NCBI RefSeq assembly: GCF_964355755.1
Contig: NC_092671.1
Coordinates: 3,658,001-3,722,000 of the forward strand
Reading direction: 5' to 3'
Length of the DNA: 64,000 nt
Origin: Antedon mediterranea
Lineage: Eukaryota > Animalia > Echinodermata
Shown here: in pieces, positions 10,814 through 24,003 of the stretch
Layout: every line of letters begins with the position of its first letter
How positions within the stretch are numbered: the stretch's first letter is position 1
Position numbers and translations under genes: made by a program
Notes under the pieces: generated by a model
What the model was told of the DNA's origin: nothing
The model's input: only the letters and a program-made list of their open reading frames with translations
Databases searched by the model: none

Positions 10814-13800
10814 TAGTGGAGTCTGTTAGGGATATTTTGGTTCACTTTTTTCCAAAAGCACCAAATTTGGTATACAGGTTGCCCACCCTATACAAATTCA
10901 ATTTTTGATGGGCGCCAAGCAAAATGACCCCTTGGGTCACCTAATTTGCATAATTTAAAATGGCGGACATTTTCGCTTAAACAGTCTATATCTCTAAAAA
11001 TATTGGTCATAGGGAGTTGATTTTTAGCCCAAAATGTTCAGAACATAAACATTCCTATTTACTCTAATGAAGTATTTTTGAAAAAAATGACCGGAAGTAC
11101 CAGTTTTAACCTTTGACCCATATTTTAAGGAATTGCCATATCTCAGTACATAGTTGTCACAGACAGTTTATTTAAGTGTCAAATTGTTCAGAATATATAT
11201 GTTACTATTTAGTTTAATGAAACATTTTATCCAAAAATGACCGGAAGTACTCAGTTTTGCCTTTGACCGTTACGATGTAATTACCAACCTTGTTACGGTT
11301 AATATATTTTGATATCCATAAAACTACTTGTCATAGAGAGTTAATGTTGGTGTCAAAATGTTCAGAACATAAACATTTCTATTTACTATAATAAAGTTTT
11401 TTCTCAAATAATGACCAGAAATACCATATTTGACCTTTGACCTGTTTTTTCAGGCAAATTGCTATATCTCATTATTGGGTTGGCGTGGAAAGTTCATTTT
11501 GGTGTCAGATTGTTCAGAATATATATGTTACTATTATGTTTAATAGAAGATTTTTCCAAAAAATGTCAGGAAGTACAGTTGACCTGTTACATACATAAAA
11601 TTATAAATTTGTTCAAGTTAACTGTATATTTATATTATTTTGCAATCCACTTTTGAGCACTTGTCGAAGATGGCTACTTGCATGTGCAATTGAACGAAGT
11701 ATACTGAATGAAGTTGAATAGATTGTCCTATTTGTAGTGAGTCTAGAGTAACGCAAATGAGAGAAAATTGTATAGACAAAAAATACCCAATCTCATTCTC
11801 ATCTAATCGAGTACTTAAATGAAGTCTTCTACACATTTAGCAATAATGTTTACTGATGAAATCTATTCAAGTTTTGTTTTGGAAAGTTAGTGTTTCCATC
11901 ACTTGTGTTTGTTTGGTTGTTACATTCAGGGTAATTGTCCTATATTGCATTGCTTCGCTGAGTATCTTTCTTTAAAGGGCCTTCAAACTGGGGTATAACC
12001 TACTAATTAAAAGGATGGACATTTTCGGGATGCACAATATAAAAACTAGACTACTGTTGCCATATCACGAACCACAACTGAAATATATATTTTTTTCCAC
12101 CAGACCTAAAGTAATCCTTGGTCCGCCAAACTTGGCAGAATTCTCGAATTTTAATTTTTTTAAATTTGGCCATCATCTGGACACGATTTGGGTATTACAG
12201 TTTTGTTACTTATGACATTACGCCTTAGTATCATCTTTTTCATTAAGCCTTTTTACTTGATTTTTGGTTGATTAGTAAATGTTAAATTGTTGTTATATTG
12301 GAATTGGTAACAACTCTTGGCTTGTGTAACATAATGTATTGATGAGCTGTTTTAACCTCATTAACAGATTTACTTTTATTACTTTCATTTCTTTTTTTTA
12401 CATTTTCAAAGTATTGAATGATGTGTCCTTTCTCATATCGAGTATTTGGAAAATAATGGCTTATTCAAACTTCTTTAGCAATCCTTGAACAGTCTGGTTG
12501 GTTCAGTCACCATAAGCACATGTATGGTAATTGTAATATTTTCAGTGTTCTCGTAAAGACGAAATGCCCCATCATGTTCTGAGCTTGAGTATGATATTGT
12601 TTCTTAGAAATGAGGCTAAACCTTTTTGTTGATTTTTGCACAACATTTCCATTCATAAAATTTGCATTGTTCACATAGTCAAGGACATGCAATACAGAGT
12701 TCATTTTAAGTTTGAAAAAAGGGCAATATATGAAAAAGAGGATACTAGAGCGTAACATGTCATTAGTAACAAAACTGTTCCTATTCATCCAATCTCTTCT
12801 AGATGATTACTGTATATGGTCGGTTTCTTTTTTTTTTTTATTTGAAAATCGTTGAGAACCACCAAGCTGGACGGTCCTTGGATGACTTAGGTCTGGAGGA
12901 CAGAAATCTTCGGTGTCTTTTCCCCATTCAGTGGTTGTTCGTGTTATGGCAACAAAGAGAAATGTAGCAACATGAAATTGTTATGCAACAGCAAGCACAA
13001 GTGACGGAAACACTAACTTTCCAAAACAAAACTTTTTCTGGATTTCATCAGTAGGCCTACACATTATTGCTAAATATGTGGAAGACTTCATTTAAGTACT
13101 CGATTAGATGATATTGGGTATTTTTTGTATATACAATTTTCTCATTTCTCATTTACATTACTCTAGACTCACTACAAATAGGACAATCTATTCAATTTTG
13201 TTCAGTATACTTTGTTCAATTGCACATGCAAGCAGCCATCTTCGACAAGTGCTCAAAAGTGGGTTGCAAAATAATATCATAAATATACAGTTAACTATAC
13301 AATTAACTGAACAAATTTATAAATTTTATGTATTTAACAAGTCAATAACTATACTTCCTGAAATATTTTTGAAAAATCTTCTATTAAGCAGAATAGCAAC
13401 ATATATATTCTGAACAATTTGACACCAAAATGAACTTTCCACTCCAACCCAATAATGAGATATGGCAATTTGCCTGAAAAAACAGGTCAAAGGTCAAATA
13501 TGGTATTTCTGGTCATTATTTGAGAAAAAACTTTATTATAGTAAATAGAAATGTTTATGTTCTGAACATTTTGACACCAAAATTAATTCTCTATGACAAG
13601 TAGTTTTATGGATATCAAAATGTATTAACCGTAACAAGGTTGGTAATTACACCGTAACGGTCAAAGGCAAAACTGAGTACTTCCGGTCATTTTTGGATAA
13701 AATGTTTCATTAAATTAAATAGTAACATATATATTCTGAACAATTTGACACTTAAATAAACTGTCTGTGACAACTATTTACTGAGATATGGCAATGCCTT

Positions 13801-14123
13801 AAAATATGGGTCAAAGGTTAAAACTGTTACTTCCGGTCATTTTTTTCAAAAATACTTCATTAGAGTAAATAGGAATGTTTATGTTCTGAACATTTTGGGC
13901 TAAAAATCAACTCCCTATGACCAATATTTTTAGAGATATAGACTGTTTAAGCGAAAATGTCCGCCATTTTAAATTATGCAAATTAGGTGACCCAAGGGGT
14001 CATTTTGCTTGGCGCCCATCAAAAATTGAATTTGTATAGGGTGGGCAACCTGTATACCAAATTTGGTGCTTTTGGAAGAAACTGAACCAAACACCCTTAT
14101 TTCAGCCCTAACAGACTCCACTA
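10814..14123. mobile_element. Non-autonomous DNA transposon with ~1.1-kb inverted arms (Academ-like termini)
   Basis: Starts TAGTGGAGTCTGTTAGGG and ends CCCTAACAGACTCCACTA. Arms ~10814-11910 and ~12995-14123 are near-identical inverted copies around a ~1.1-kb spacer. A 3-bp TAT direct repeat flanks it (10811-10813, 14124-14126). TAG..CTA ends with a 3-bp TSD fit Academ, but the superfamily call is inference. Confidence 0.88.
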
Positions 14124-15016
14124 TATGCTTACTTTCTGTATCCGTCACTGATACAAGACTGTTATATTGTGGATCATTGTTCCATTTATCTTAATACAAG
14201 ACATTTTATTTCCTTAATATTCTTCAATTAACCAGCCCTGAATTAATTAATTAATTAATTACTTTACTAAATCTGCTCCATAATTTATTGTATAGTCTAC
14301 CTTTCTATTATAATTTTAAATTAGACAATATTTGACGATATATAATTTTTGAATTGCCATAGAATAGATAAATTGTGTGTGTAAAATAAGAACCGTTGGT
14401 GAACCCACATTGTTTTTGTCTATTTGCATTGCTGTCAATATCGTCTACTTTTTCGTATTGTTGTGGTTAGGTACTGGTGTTATCACACCAAGATAAACTA
14501 ATAAATACTTACCGATATTAGTTTATTAATTATTAAAACCAGCTAAAATTACTGATCACAGATAAGATAAATAACAAGGAGCACACTTCTGATAACTTGG
14601 TCAGCCCCTTCGGCCATTTTTAAAAGTCCAGTCAGTCTAAGTGATACCCTGCGAGAAATAAAAACTTTACGCAGGTGTTACCCATCTGTCCCGCTGGACG
14701 TAGTGTAGTGGAATAAACTGGACGTGTTGTACTGACCACTGGCTATTGGTGTTGGAATGCCGATGTCCAACTGTTTACCGCTTTTGTGGACTTAGTTATA
14801 GTAAATCGTGTCTACTTTCAAATAACAATAATGATAATATTAGATAAGTGGATGGGACTGAATAGTTATTGAAACATACAGCGAATGCTATTTGCATGCT
14901 GATTGGCCAAAGTTATCAGTAAGTTGTCTGATAGAATATAGTACGTTAAGGAGACATCTTCGGAATCCAACAAAACTGTCATTTAAAAATGGTTTCCTTT
15001 AAATGCGGCTCTTTTT

Positions 15017-15125
15017 CTTGGAAAATAAGGACTATAAACTATAATAAAGGTTCTGTGTACACAGAATGCTAGTACATCTTTCAATGGGTTATCTTGGTGT
15101 ACTAGTTTATAAACAGCCATTACTA
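15017..15125 (+). mobile_element. Degenerate Deu-SINE core fragment
   Basis: ATAAGGACTATAAAC...GTGTACAC...CTAGTACATCTTTC...GGGTTATCTTGGTGTACTAGT matches the core of the SINE copies at 44388 and 59072. Confidence 0.7.
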
Positions 15126-17051
15126 ATGTAGTCCTTCTAGTAGAACTCCTAATTATAACCAATACCTTGAAGATAATGCTATGGGTTGGAAGTGTGAGGC
15201 AACAGGTAAGGATCGGAGCAAAGTCTGAAATTAAGCTGTATTATAATTTGTTCTATGTATTGTTTTCTCCTGAAATTTAGATGTTTCTGGTTGCCCGTAT
15301 AGTTGGCATGGGTTAGACGTCTGAAATAAGGCTGGTCCGCGTCGATTAATCATCGTCATACGCATACTGGCAGATGTATAAATACGTTTACTCTGTTTAT
15401 CATAAGTCTCTGCATTGTCGTTCCAACTCAAACGCGGTCGAATTTCGGTCTCTCACACTGTGATATGTATCGTTAGGGATTCTCTCGCAACGTTTTCTGA
15501 ACAAACATTACATGTATGGGTCATTATGTCATTGTAAGGGTCAGAGGTCAAGTTTGGTGAGGACGAATTGAATCCGATCTAAGACTTTGCTTCTTGTTTT
15601 GTTTAAATACAAATTGCTGTTATAATACTCTGATAAAAGTATACCAAAATTGTGACCATACTGAATTTCTACGAAAGAGAAATAGGCCATGGTTTTTTGT
15701 TTCCGTTAGTTAAAAGCATAGGCCTAAGTATTCATAAAAAAAAGTAAATGATTCAAAATGTTGTTCTCTTTTAACTTTTGTTTCTTTCTTAATTATGTAG
15801 CCACTTGCAATTTGGAAATAGTTATTTTAAGCTATCCTGGTCAAAATCTATACGTCTATTGTTTACTGGCTTTTTAAAACATTGTTTTAACAATAAAAAT
15901 AGCTGTAACTATTATCTGTTAATCTTTGGTCTCGTATCTTCTGCTTTTCATTAAGTTTTTTATTATTTCAACTCCCATTTCAAGTATATTACTTGAAATC
16001 TTGTTCTTGTACAGTTTTCCTTGTAAATGTTATTTAGTTGTTATTGAAAGTGATTTTTACCAAATAAATGAATAAATGAAACAAGTGAGACACAAAATTC
16101 TCCAATAATTACATGTTATAGGCCCTATATATATTTATAATTTGTATCATATTGTTGTATAATAATAATTACTGGAATATGGAATGAGTGCATAATCTGT
16201 TTGTTAATTAGCCTATTCTCACTCATTTCAATATCAGTGCCACATTATGTTCAACATTTGTAGGTCACTTAATGTTTGTTGTAATGTTAACCTAACACAT
16301 TCAGTAGAATCAGTCGGAATCAGTTCGAAACATTCAACTTGCACAGATTTTCCCTCCTCCTGATGGCTTATCTAGGCCGCTAACCTCCTTTCATATCTCA
16401 CGAACAGAATAATGTTAAATAGGGTAAAGAAATACTCAGGTCTAAAAAACACAAATTCTAAATACAGACCTAGACAAGACACAACCAACCGACACAGGAG
16501 CCGTGTGTGTTTTGTTATATAATTTATTTAATTAAAGGGCTACATAAACACAATGTAGTGATTGGCGTAGTGTTTTATTGGGAACGTCCGGACGCTTTAT
16601 AAATCAGCGGGAAGATGTTGGTCACAGAATTCATTTTATGCAATAATATTATTTCGCTCAGTGTCAAACGTGACTTCAACGCGATGATCTAAATATCTAG
16701 AAATATAACATATTTCCCCGCATTGTATGTACATCGCTCGTGCTGGCATCGAATGTAGGCTAGGCCTAGTTCAGCTGGCTTAGGAATAGTTTCTGTAATT
16801 TTATTTTAGTTGGTTTAGACAATGGTAGACAACATCAAAGCTGTCAGAAAATCAAGGAGGTCTATCTATAGGTATTTAGGTCAGTGTTAACGGAACATAA
16901 AAAACACAATAAATATAGGAAATGTGATGTCGAATGTTTGATTGACTCTGCCACATGTAAAGTCTTACGTGTGCATCAACGCCAGCTAAGTTGACTCTTC
17001 AAAACGCACACGACTTGGTGAAAAAAAATACCTAAGAGAGAAAAAAATGGA

Positions 17052-17158
17052 TCATCATTGTAATCGTAATCTTCATCATTATCATCAACATTATCATTAT
17101 CAACATTAACATCAAAATCAGCATCATCATTATCATCATCATCATCATCATCATCATT

Positions 17159-17226
<68 letters not shown>

Positions 17227-17456
17227 TATTATTATCATTATTATCATCATCATTATCAACATCAATATAAACATCAACATCATCGTCAACATTATCATCG
17301 ACATCATCCTCATCATCATTATCATCATTATCATCATCATCATCATTATTATTATCATAATTATCATCAACATCAATATAATATCATCATCATCATTATC
17401 ATCGTCATCATTATCATCGTCATCATCATCATCACCATCATCATCAGTATCATCAT
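17052..17456. repeat. (CAT)n / (ATC)n trinucleotide microsatellite with degenerate flanks
   Basis: About 400 bp of CAT units with a near-pure core at ~17120-17225. Confidence 0.97.
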
Positions 17457-19529
17457 TTTTATTTATTTATTTTTTTATTTATTCATTTAGCATCCATTCA
17501 ACAATACATCTAAAATACATAACAAAGAAAAAATACAAACAATTCATGGAATATTAAAATTTAATTAAACCAAAGTGAATGGATTCAAGGACGACCTTTT
17601 GGCTAAAATCGTCAATTTATTTCCAATGGGGTCCATTGCAAGAGAAATCGGAGATGTGAAAGTGAACAAGGAATTATAAGAAGGACATATGGAAATGTGA
17701 AAGACATATAAAAAACACATGTTAAAAGGGTATTATAAAAAACTATTAAAAAAAAGGGAAGAGCAACAATATCATCATCAGTAACATTATGATTTTCTAT
17801 CATTTATCGGAATCACCATCTTCGCCTTTATCATCACAAAATGGATTTTATTTTGCCGTGTAATATGTCTGTATTTTAACTTGAACAAACGACTAAGGGA
17901 AAAGAAAACACGTTTACCAGCAAATGTTCCGTATAAAATGTAAAGCAAAACAACTGACAGTTTACCGGGATAGTAACAAAATAGAAAAAAAAAGAGTTAA
18001 ATATAGTTAAGTAAAACGGTATATTTTGCATACAGCATAAAACACATTCACTTTATTTTATTTAACTCATTAAAGAAAAACTTATTTCAATTGTGGTCAT
18101 CGTTTTCCTGTTCCTGTTTTTTTTTATTCAGGGTTTTTTTTCATTTGCCAGTATCTTGTTTGTCTGAAATGTGCTAATAAGAATTTTTAAAAGGAAGAAT
18201 AAATATAGACACTTCCGTTCATGCTATAATTACCGGTGACAATGATCGTGTTAGATGATCAATTATAAATTCATAATTTAAGACCAGTGTCGCCGGACGC
18301 GTATCATTTTTCCAAATGATGCAACTATAAAGATATTTCCACGGCGGCAAACACCCCGTAGGTCTTACAGCTATTCATACGAGTTAAAGTTTCCGGTTAG
18401 TGCGTGCAACTGAGCGCGTTTAAAACACGTTTGATATCGACGCGTGCCAATCGGTGTAGTATTCAAGACCACTTGTAGTGTTATTTAACTTGGACATAGC
18501 TGACCATAATGTTACTAATGAGTGTAAACTCTTGACCAATTCGGTGTCCTCTTAGGTAACTCTCATTTATTTATAAATTTGGTCAAAACTAAATTTCAAC
18601 TGCAGTATGCCTACATATACAAAAAAGAGCTTCATACAAACAATAGAATGAGAGTTAAAATGGTATAAAATCATTTCAATAAAAATAAACATGAAAACCA
18701 GAAAATACCAGAAATTTAAGATTTATATAAAAACATCTTCTGTTTATTACAGTCCCTTCAAAAGTCTAGTCTTAAAATTATATTAATTAGAGTCGAGCGC
18801 AGTGTTTCTCATATAATTGCCCATCATTATTTTCACATGAAAATGTCTTCTGAATTAATAGGGTTGGTTTTGTGAATGAGGATTATAGCAAGAAAAAAAA
18901 ACTCTATAGAAATAAACTCATTGTGTAAGATATGGAAATAAAGCTTTAGTATCTAAACATAAATAAATAAAAAAATTATAGGAAGTTCGATTGTCTCCCA
19001 AAGCCATTTCGTTTAACTTTACATTTCAGAAACTTCGCCATTATATTAATTCACTACATTCGTCCACAAATTAAGAATTACAATTTGGTGGCGCAATTCA
19101 TGAATAGGATCGATTGTATTTTCACGTTTGGCAATTGTTTCTAGGTAATACGTGCCGTATCAATATTAGATTGGAATACATTTCATACCTCCTACCTCGC
19201 TAATTGTTCACTCTGTGTGTTTCGAAGCCATCGGCAATCCTCGTGAAACGCGTTCCAAACGAATTTATTCTTAGATTTGAAACGAGTTTCAGCTGCGATT
19301 TTATTTTCGCTAAAGTACGCTCAACTCTAATCGCAAAGTATCAATGATTAGGCCTACAGTATAAATAATACTATTTTATTATTAAAGGTTTTATTGAAAT
19401 TAAAATTATTCTTTAGGCCATGGTACTACATTTACAACACAAATTCTAAATACTAACCGACGAACTAAAGGAGGCGTTCTTACTCGCCAAAAGAGTGTAC
19501 GATATATTTTATAGGCTAAACAATTTTCT

Positions 19530-19860
19530 TGTTTTTAAAATATTTCACTAAAAAATTAAATTAATTATAGTTTTATTAAATATGTGTTGGCATATTCTAA
19601 AGAATAATTTCTTGTTAATTTATCATGGCGTATATTTAATTTTATTGATAAAGCAATATTATTAAAAAGTTCGTTAACTGAAATGTTTATTTTTTAAATA
19701 TTCCAATAAAAAATTTAACTAATTATAGTTGTATTAAATATGTGTAGGCATCTCCTACAGAATGATTAAAGATATTTTTTCAGGAGAAAAATATAATGTA
19801 TCTTTAATATTATTGATAAATCAATATTAAATAAAAAAAGTTCGTTAATTGAAATTTCGT
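19530..19860. repeat. Local tandem duplication (~165 bp x2, AT-rich)
   Basis: AATTATAGTT.TATTAAATATGTGT.GGCAT and TTATTGATAAA.CAATATTA..AAAAAGTTCGTTAA.TGAAAT each occur twice in register. Confidence 0.7.
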
Positions 19861-22800
19861 TCTGAATACTCTATGCAGAGATCACTCTCTCTGTTTCGTG
19901 ATAAATGTGTCAGTGACAAACAGCAAACCTGACAACCTTATAACTTTTCAGGTTTTTTTCATCAGTTCTTTTATTTCATAATATGTCATTATTTTGTTTG
20001 CCCATCGCGGTTCCCAAACGGATATCAATTTTCCTAACAAAATAACACTTTCTATCCCAGATGTTTGAGAATTGATGCCAGAAATGGAATGAATTCGTTT
20101 TGCCCTATTCTTGATAGGCTTACGAGTAAGAAAGAAAGACATACCGCGGCGATGTAGCAAGCAATATGTCAGCTAGTAACTAGATATTTCTATAGGTCGA
20201 GTGGTTCGATATATACCCAGTGGGCCTTCAGTTTAATCAATGTTACCAATGCAATTTTAAACAAGGGAGGTCCAGCGTATTACTGTCATTGAGTTTGAAA
20301 AATAAGTACACGAACTTTTATTAGCTCAGTAAAGTACTTTAAACTATTATAATATACATTTTGTTTAATTTATAAAATATTATTATATTTTGTATATGTT
20401 ATTAACATGAATTTGCTGGCAATTATTAGCTAAGTTCGAATTATTCGTTGATTTGTGAATGGCGTATTAAATTCGCTTATTCAAATGATATTACAAATTA
20501 TTGGATTGGAAGTACCTGTCATAAAACAAAATAGAATAGGCCTAAAAATAATTAATCATAGATAAATTGATTGTTAAAATGAAATATATTCAATTTGGTA
20601 AGATATCTTTAATAATATAATTAATAAGAACTAGGAAAATTACAATAGAATACGAAGAATGAAATAAAAATATATGGTATTAGGAATTAACGAATAATGT
20701 ACCGGAGGCCAATAATGATTTCTAACACTACGACTGACCCTTATTGGGCCCCCTTAAAATTGGCTTTATGTATTATAATGTTTGCTCCTCAAACAAAGTC
20801 GTGCGTGCGTTTCTAGTTCAAGTTCAATAAAGTCACGCTTCAAGTCGATTAGATCACATCTGAACACACACGGTATGTTCGAGTGTGAACAAATTAGTTA
20901 GGCCCATAATTTACGAAAGCTTATTACACACCAGATGTGTTAAGATTCTCAAAGATGGACACAAATAGTGGTAATTAATGTTCTTCGTTTATTTTAAAGC
21001 GTCACCATATTCCTCACCTGTATTAGACATCAATACAAGACGGGAAATTAGATCGAAATTGAAGGTCAGAATAGATCGGAGCTATCTCTGCATGCTCGGG
21101 GTTTGCAAGACCGGGATCTTTTCTCCCACTTAGAATCCGTTTGTGGAACCCTGACCTTAGCGGCTTGCCTCCATTGAAGCTGTTACCAACCCAAGGGTCG
21201 ATGCCTCGTTCAAAATTTCCCCAGCAACGACCTACTCCGGCGTAAATTTTCTTTCAATTACGCGACGCATCTGTTTATGTATTGGTGCAGTTGTTGCATC
21301 GATATTAGCCGTTTTATAAGTATAACAATTAATTGCCAATACATGTGCAAAGCTAGTTTGTAACATTCTAATACCAGTTCTTTTCAGAAGCTTAGTCATA
21401 TATTGCACTTTGAATAACTAGGCCTGCTGAGTATCAGGTGCCAATGTGAATGTCGCGGGTGCGAGCCTATTTGTCCCGCGTAAGACATGTCGTGCTGACG
21501 TGACTAAATGGCCTTGTCAACCCTAAAATATGAAATTTAATCAGATCTAAAATAACACAATTGGTCCCGTATGTTAATATAAAATAGTAATGCATGTTCG
21601 TTACTTTACATTTAGGTTTGCCCTACGATGTGCATTTTTGCAAACCCGTTAGAACGACCCAAATTATATTACAAATAAATCAGCTTGCAGTTATAACGAA
21701 TTAAACAAATACAAATGTTTATACGACTACTTAATTATTTCACCAGCATGATAAATATATATTTAATAATGTCATTCAATTTATTTTACATTTGTTAACA
21801 GTATTGTTTATAATTCGTTAACGTTGCGTAGAATGATATGACTGTATTTTCCGTCTTTTTTTTGTTTTCATTTTGTTTCGGTCTAGGTTGATTGAGGATG
21901 ATTTTTTAGTGTGCTAATGTATACATTTTTGCTCATTTTAAATCTTTCTTTATTTTGTTCATTCAATTATTTTTGCTGAACGTTTTCCCTTTTTGTCTAA
22001 TTAAATAGTTATTGTACTATAAGAATTGGTCATGCGGAAATATACCTAAACTCAATGTATGTGTTTGTACATTGTACATTAAAGTTCGTAAAATCTTTAC
22101 TTTAACTAACATGAATGACCATAATATATTTTACAAAATTGCACTTAAAATCTATACGAATAATAGTAAATTAAGTAAAATTGGAATATTAACACACAAA
22201 AAAACGAATTACCAATCTTTATGTTTTTATAACTTATTCGACAAAAAAAGTGTTTTAATTTTGAATTTAATTTAAATACTATTAGTAGGCCTATATGCAT
22301 TTATTGAAAGAAAACTCCGATTAATCAACATTAATAAATGAAACCAGCTCTAGATCGAAGGTGTGGGGCCATGAAAGCACATACAATCAGTTAGCGGGGT
22401 ACCGATACCACTGGAACCAACACCTCCTCAAATAACGCAACACGGTCGTCGTAATATAATTTGGCCTGGAAACACAAGGATAGAATATTTTCAAAAATCG
22501 TTAGTAGCTTAGTTAGGAAGGATTCACAGAAGTTTAAGTCTACCAATGGGTGTTTTGATAATAACTATTTTCAGATAACAATTAGCGTATTCGATTGTTA
22601 ACGGACAATAGGCTTATTCTATTAAATAATTGGGATAATCAGCGTTAATTAACGAAACTTGTTCATCACGGGAACTTTCTTAAATTTAAAAAATAGTAAA
22701 TTGTATATTTTTAGTAGGAAACTTTGCCTTGTATTGTATTTCTTGTTATACTTTTGATAAATTTAGTTTTGTTTTGTGTAGTTGGCTATGGTCTACTTTC

Positions 22801-23859
22801 TAAATGTTTCCTGTTGTTGATTATACAGCTACTATTTTACGAAACTAGATAATTGACTCCTACAACATAAAAATGTATAATAAAACTTAAGTTTGAAATA
22901 TGGAATACTATTTTATTTTATAGCTACATTTCTGATAAATTCGTTAATTTTAATTAAGCCTCAATATTACCTAATACATAGGCCTACAAGGACGCACGTG
23001 CTTTAAATAATTTTAAAACAACGAAATTAGGAAAACAATAATCAAATGCGGTAATGATTGACTGAAATACTAATTGGTTACCCCCATGTAACATTCTTAG
23101 GTTAGATAAATAATATTAGTGTGATCAAATAAAATATGCCTAAACGTGCTAGGCCACGATTGTTGGTAATAATCGTAGCCGCGTGAAGAGGAAGCGATGC
23201 TTGTTTGGTGTATAGTAAAATACCTACGACACGCGATCACCTTGGGCTGGCTACAGTATGGTGCCTGAGCAACGATTATTAAAGTTAAACACACACGTTT
23301 TACTTTATTACAATGATAATATAGGCCTATTGTTTGTTTTTTCGTTAATTGTTTGTTAGATAAATCAGTTGAACCGAATGCATGACTTCTATACCCACTA
23401 ACGCGGATACGATTAATGTTTTGGCCTAATATTTGTTTGCGTTCGAAGAAACGTAATGTAGCCTTATTGTGTAAATTAATTAGTGTAAATTGGTTAAATT
23501 CCTCGATTGAGGACAGTACTACTATAATAGACGAGAAAGATAACTGATGTTCTAATTTTTCTTTTTCCTATTTTTCTTTTTATGTTTACGCTTTTTGTAG
23601 TATACGCCACTTTTATTAAACTCATATCTAATATATTCTGTAAACATACATATTTTCTATCTTTTAAATCATCATTACGCCGAACATATTATTTACCGTT
23701 AATATTATTTAAACCGTACATATTTGAACCTGTTTTGTCTACATCTTATCTTTATTTTCTGCTAAGCCATGGTCATTATTATACTATTGAACTTGATGAC
23801 TTCATGTATCTTTGGGCGCTTCTTTTAATAATCAAATAATAATTTGTTGATGGATTCAA

Positions 23860-24003
23860 ACATGTACTACAAATGGAGAGAGGCATTATATACCAATAGA
23901 TAAAAGTTTTGGTCCTCTCTCCTTCATCTTTTTTTTTGTAATGTATTATACCATATGGAAAATTGTCTGAAATAAAAGTTGAATTGAATTGAATTGAATT
24001 GAA
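23860..24003 (+). mobile_element. LINE 3'-end remnant with (TTGAA)5 tail
   Basis: AATAAA (23971) followed by (TTGAA)5, the same tail as the LINE at 57405-58509. A GGAGAGAGG...CCTCTCTCC stem lies upstream. Confidence 0.55.

Noticed and set aside
11459-13413. ORFs inside the foldback element as a transposase
   Set aside because: Short, AT-biased and without a DDE or other recognisable motif.
10814-14123. CACTA/EnSpm classification of the foldback element
   Set aside because: CACTA is at the 3' end and TAGTG at the 5' end, the reverse of EnSpm termini.
17032-17376. 114-aa poly-Met/Ile ORF
   Set aside because: Translation of the (CAT)n microsatellite.
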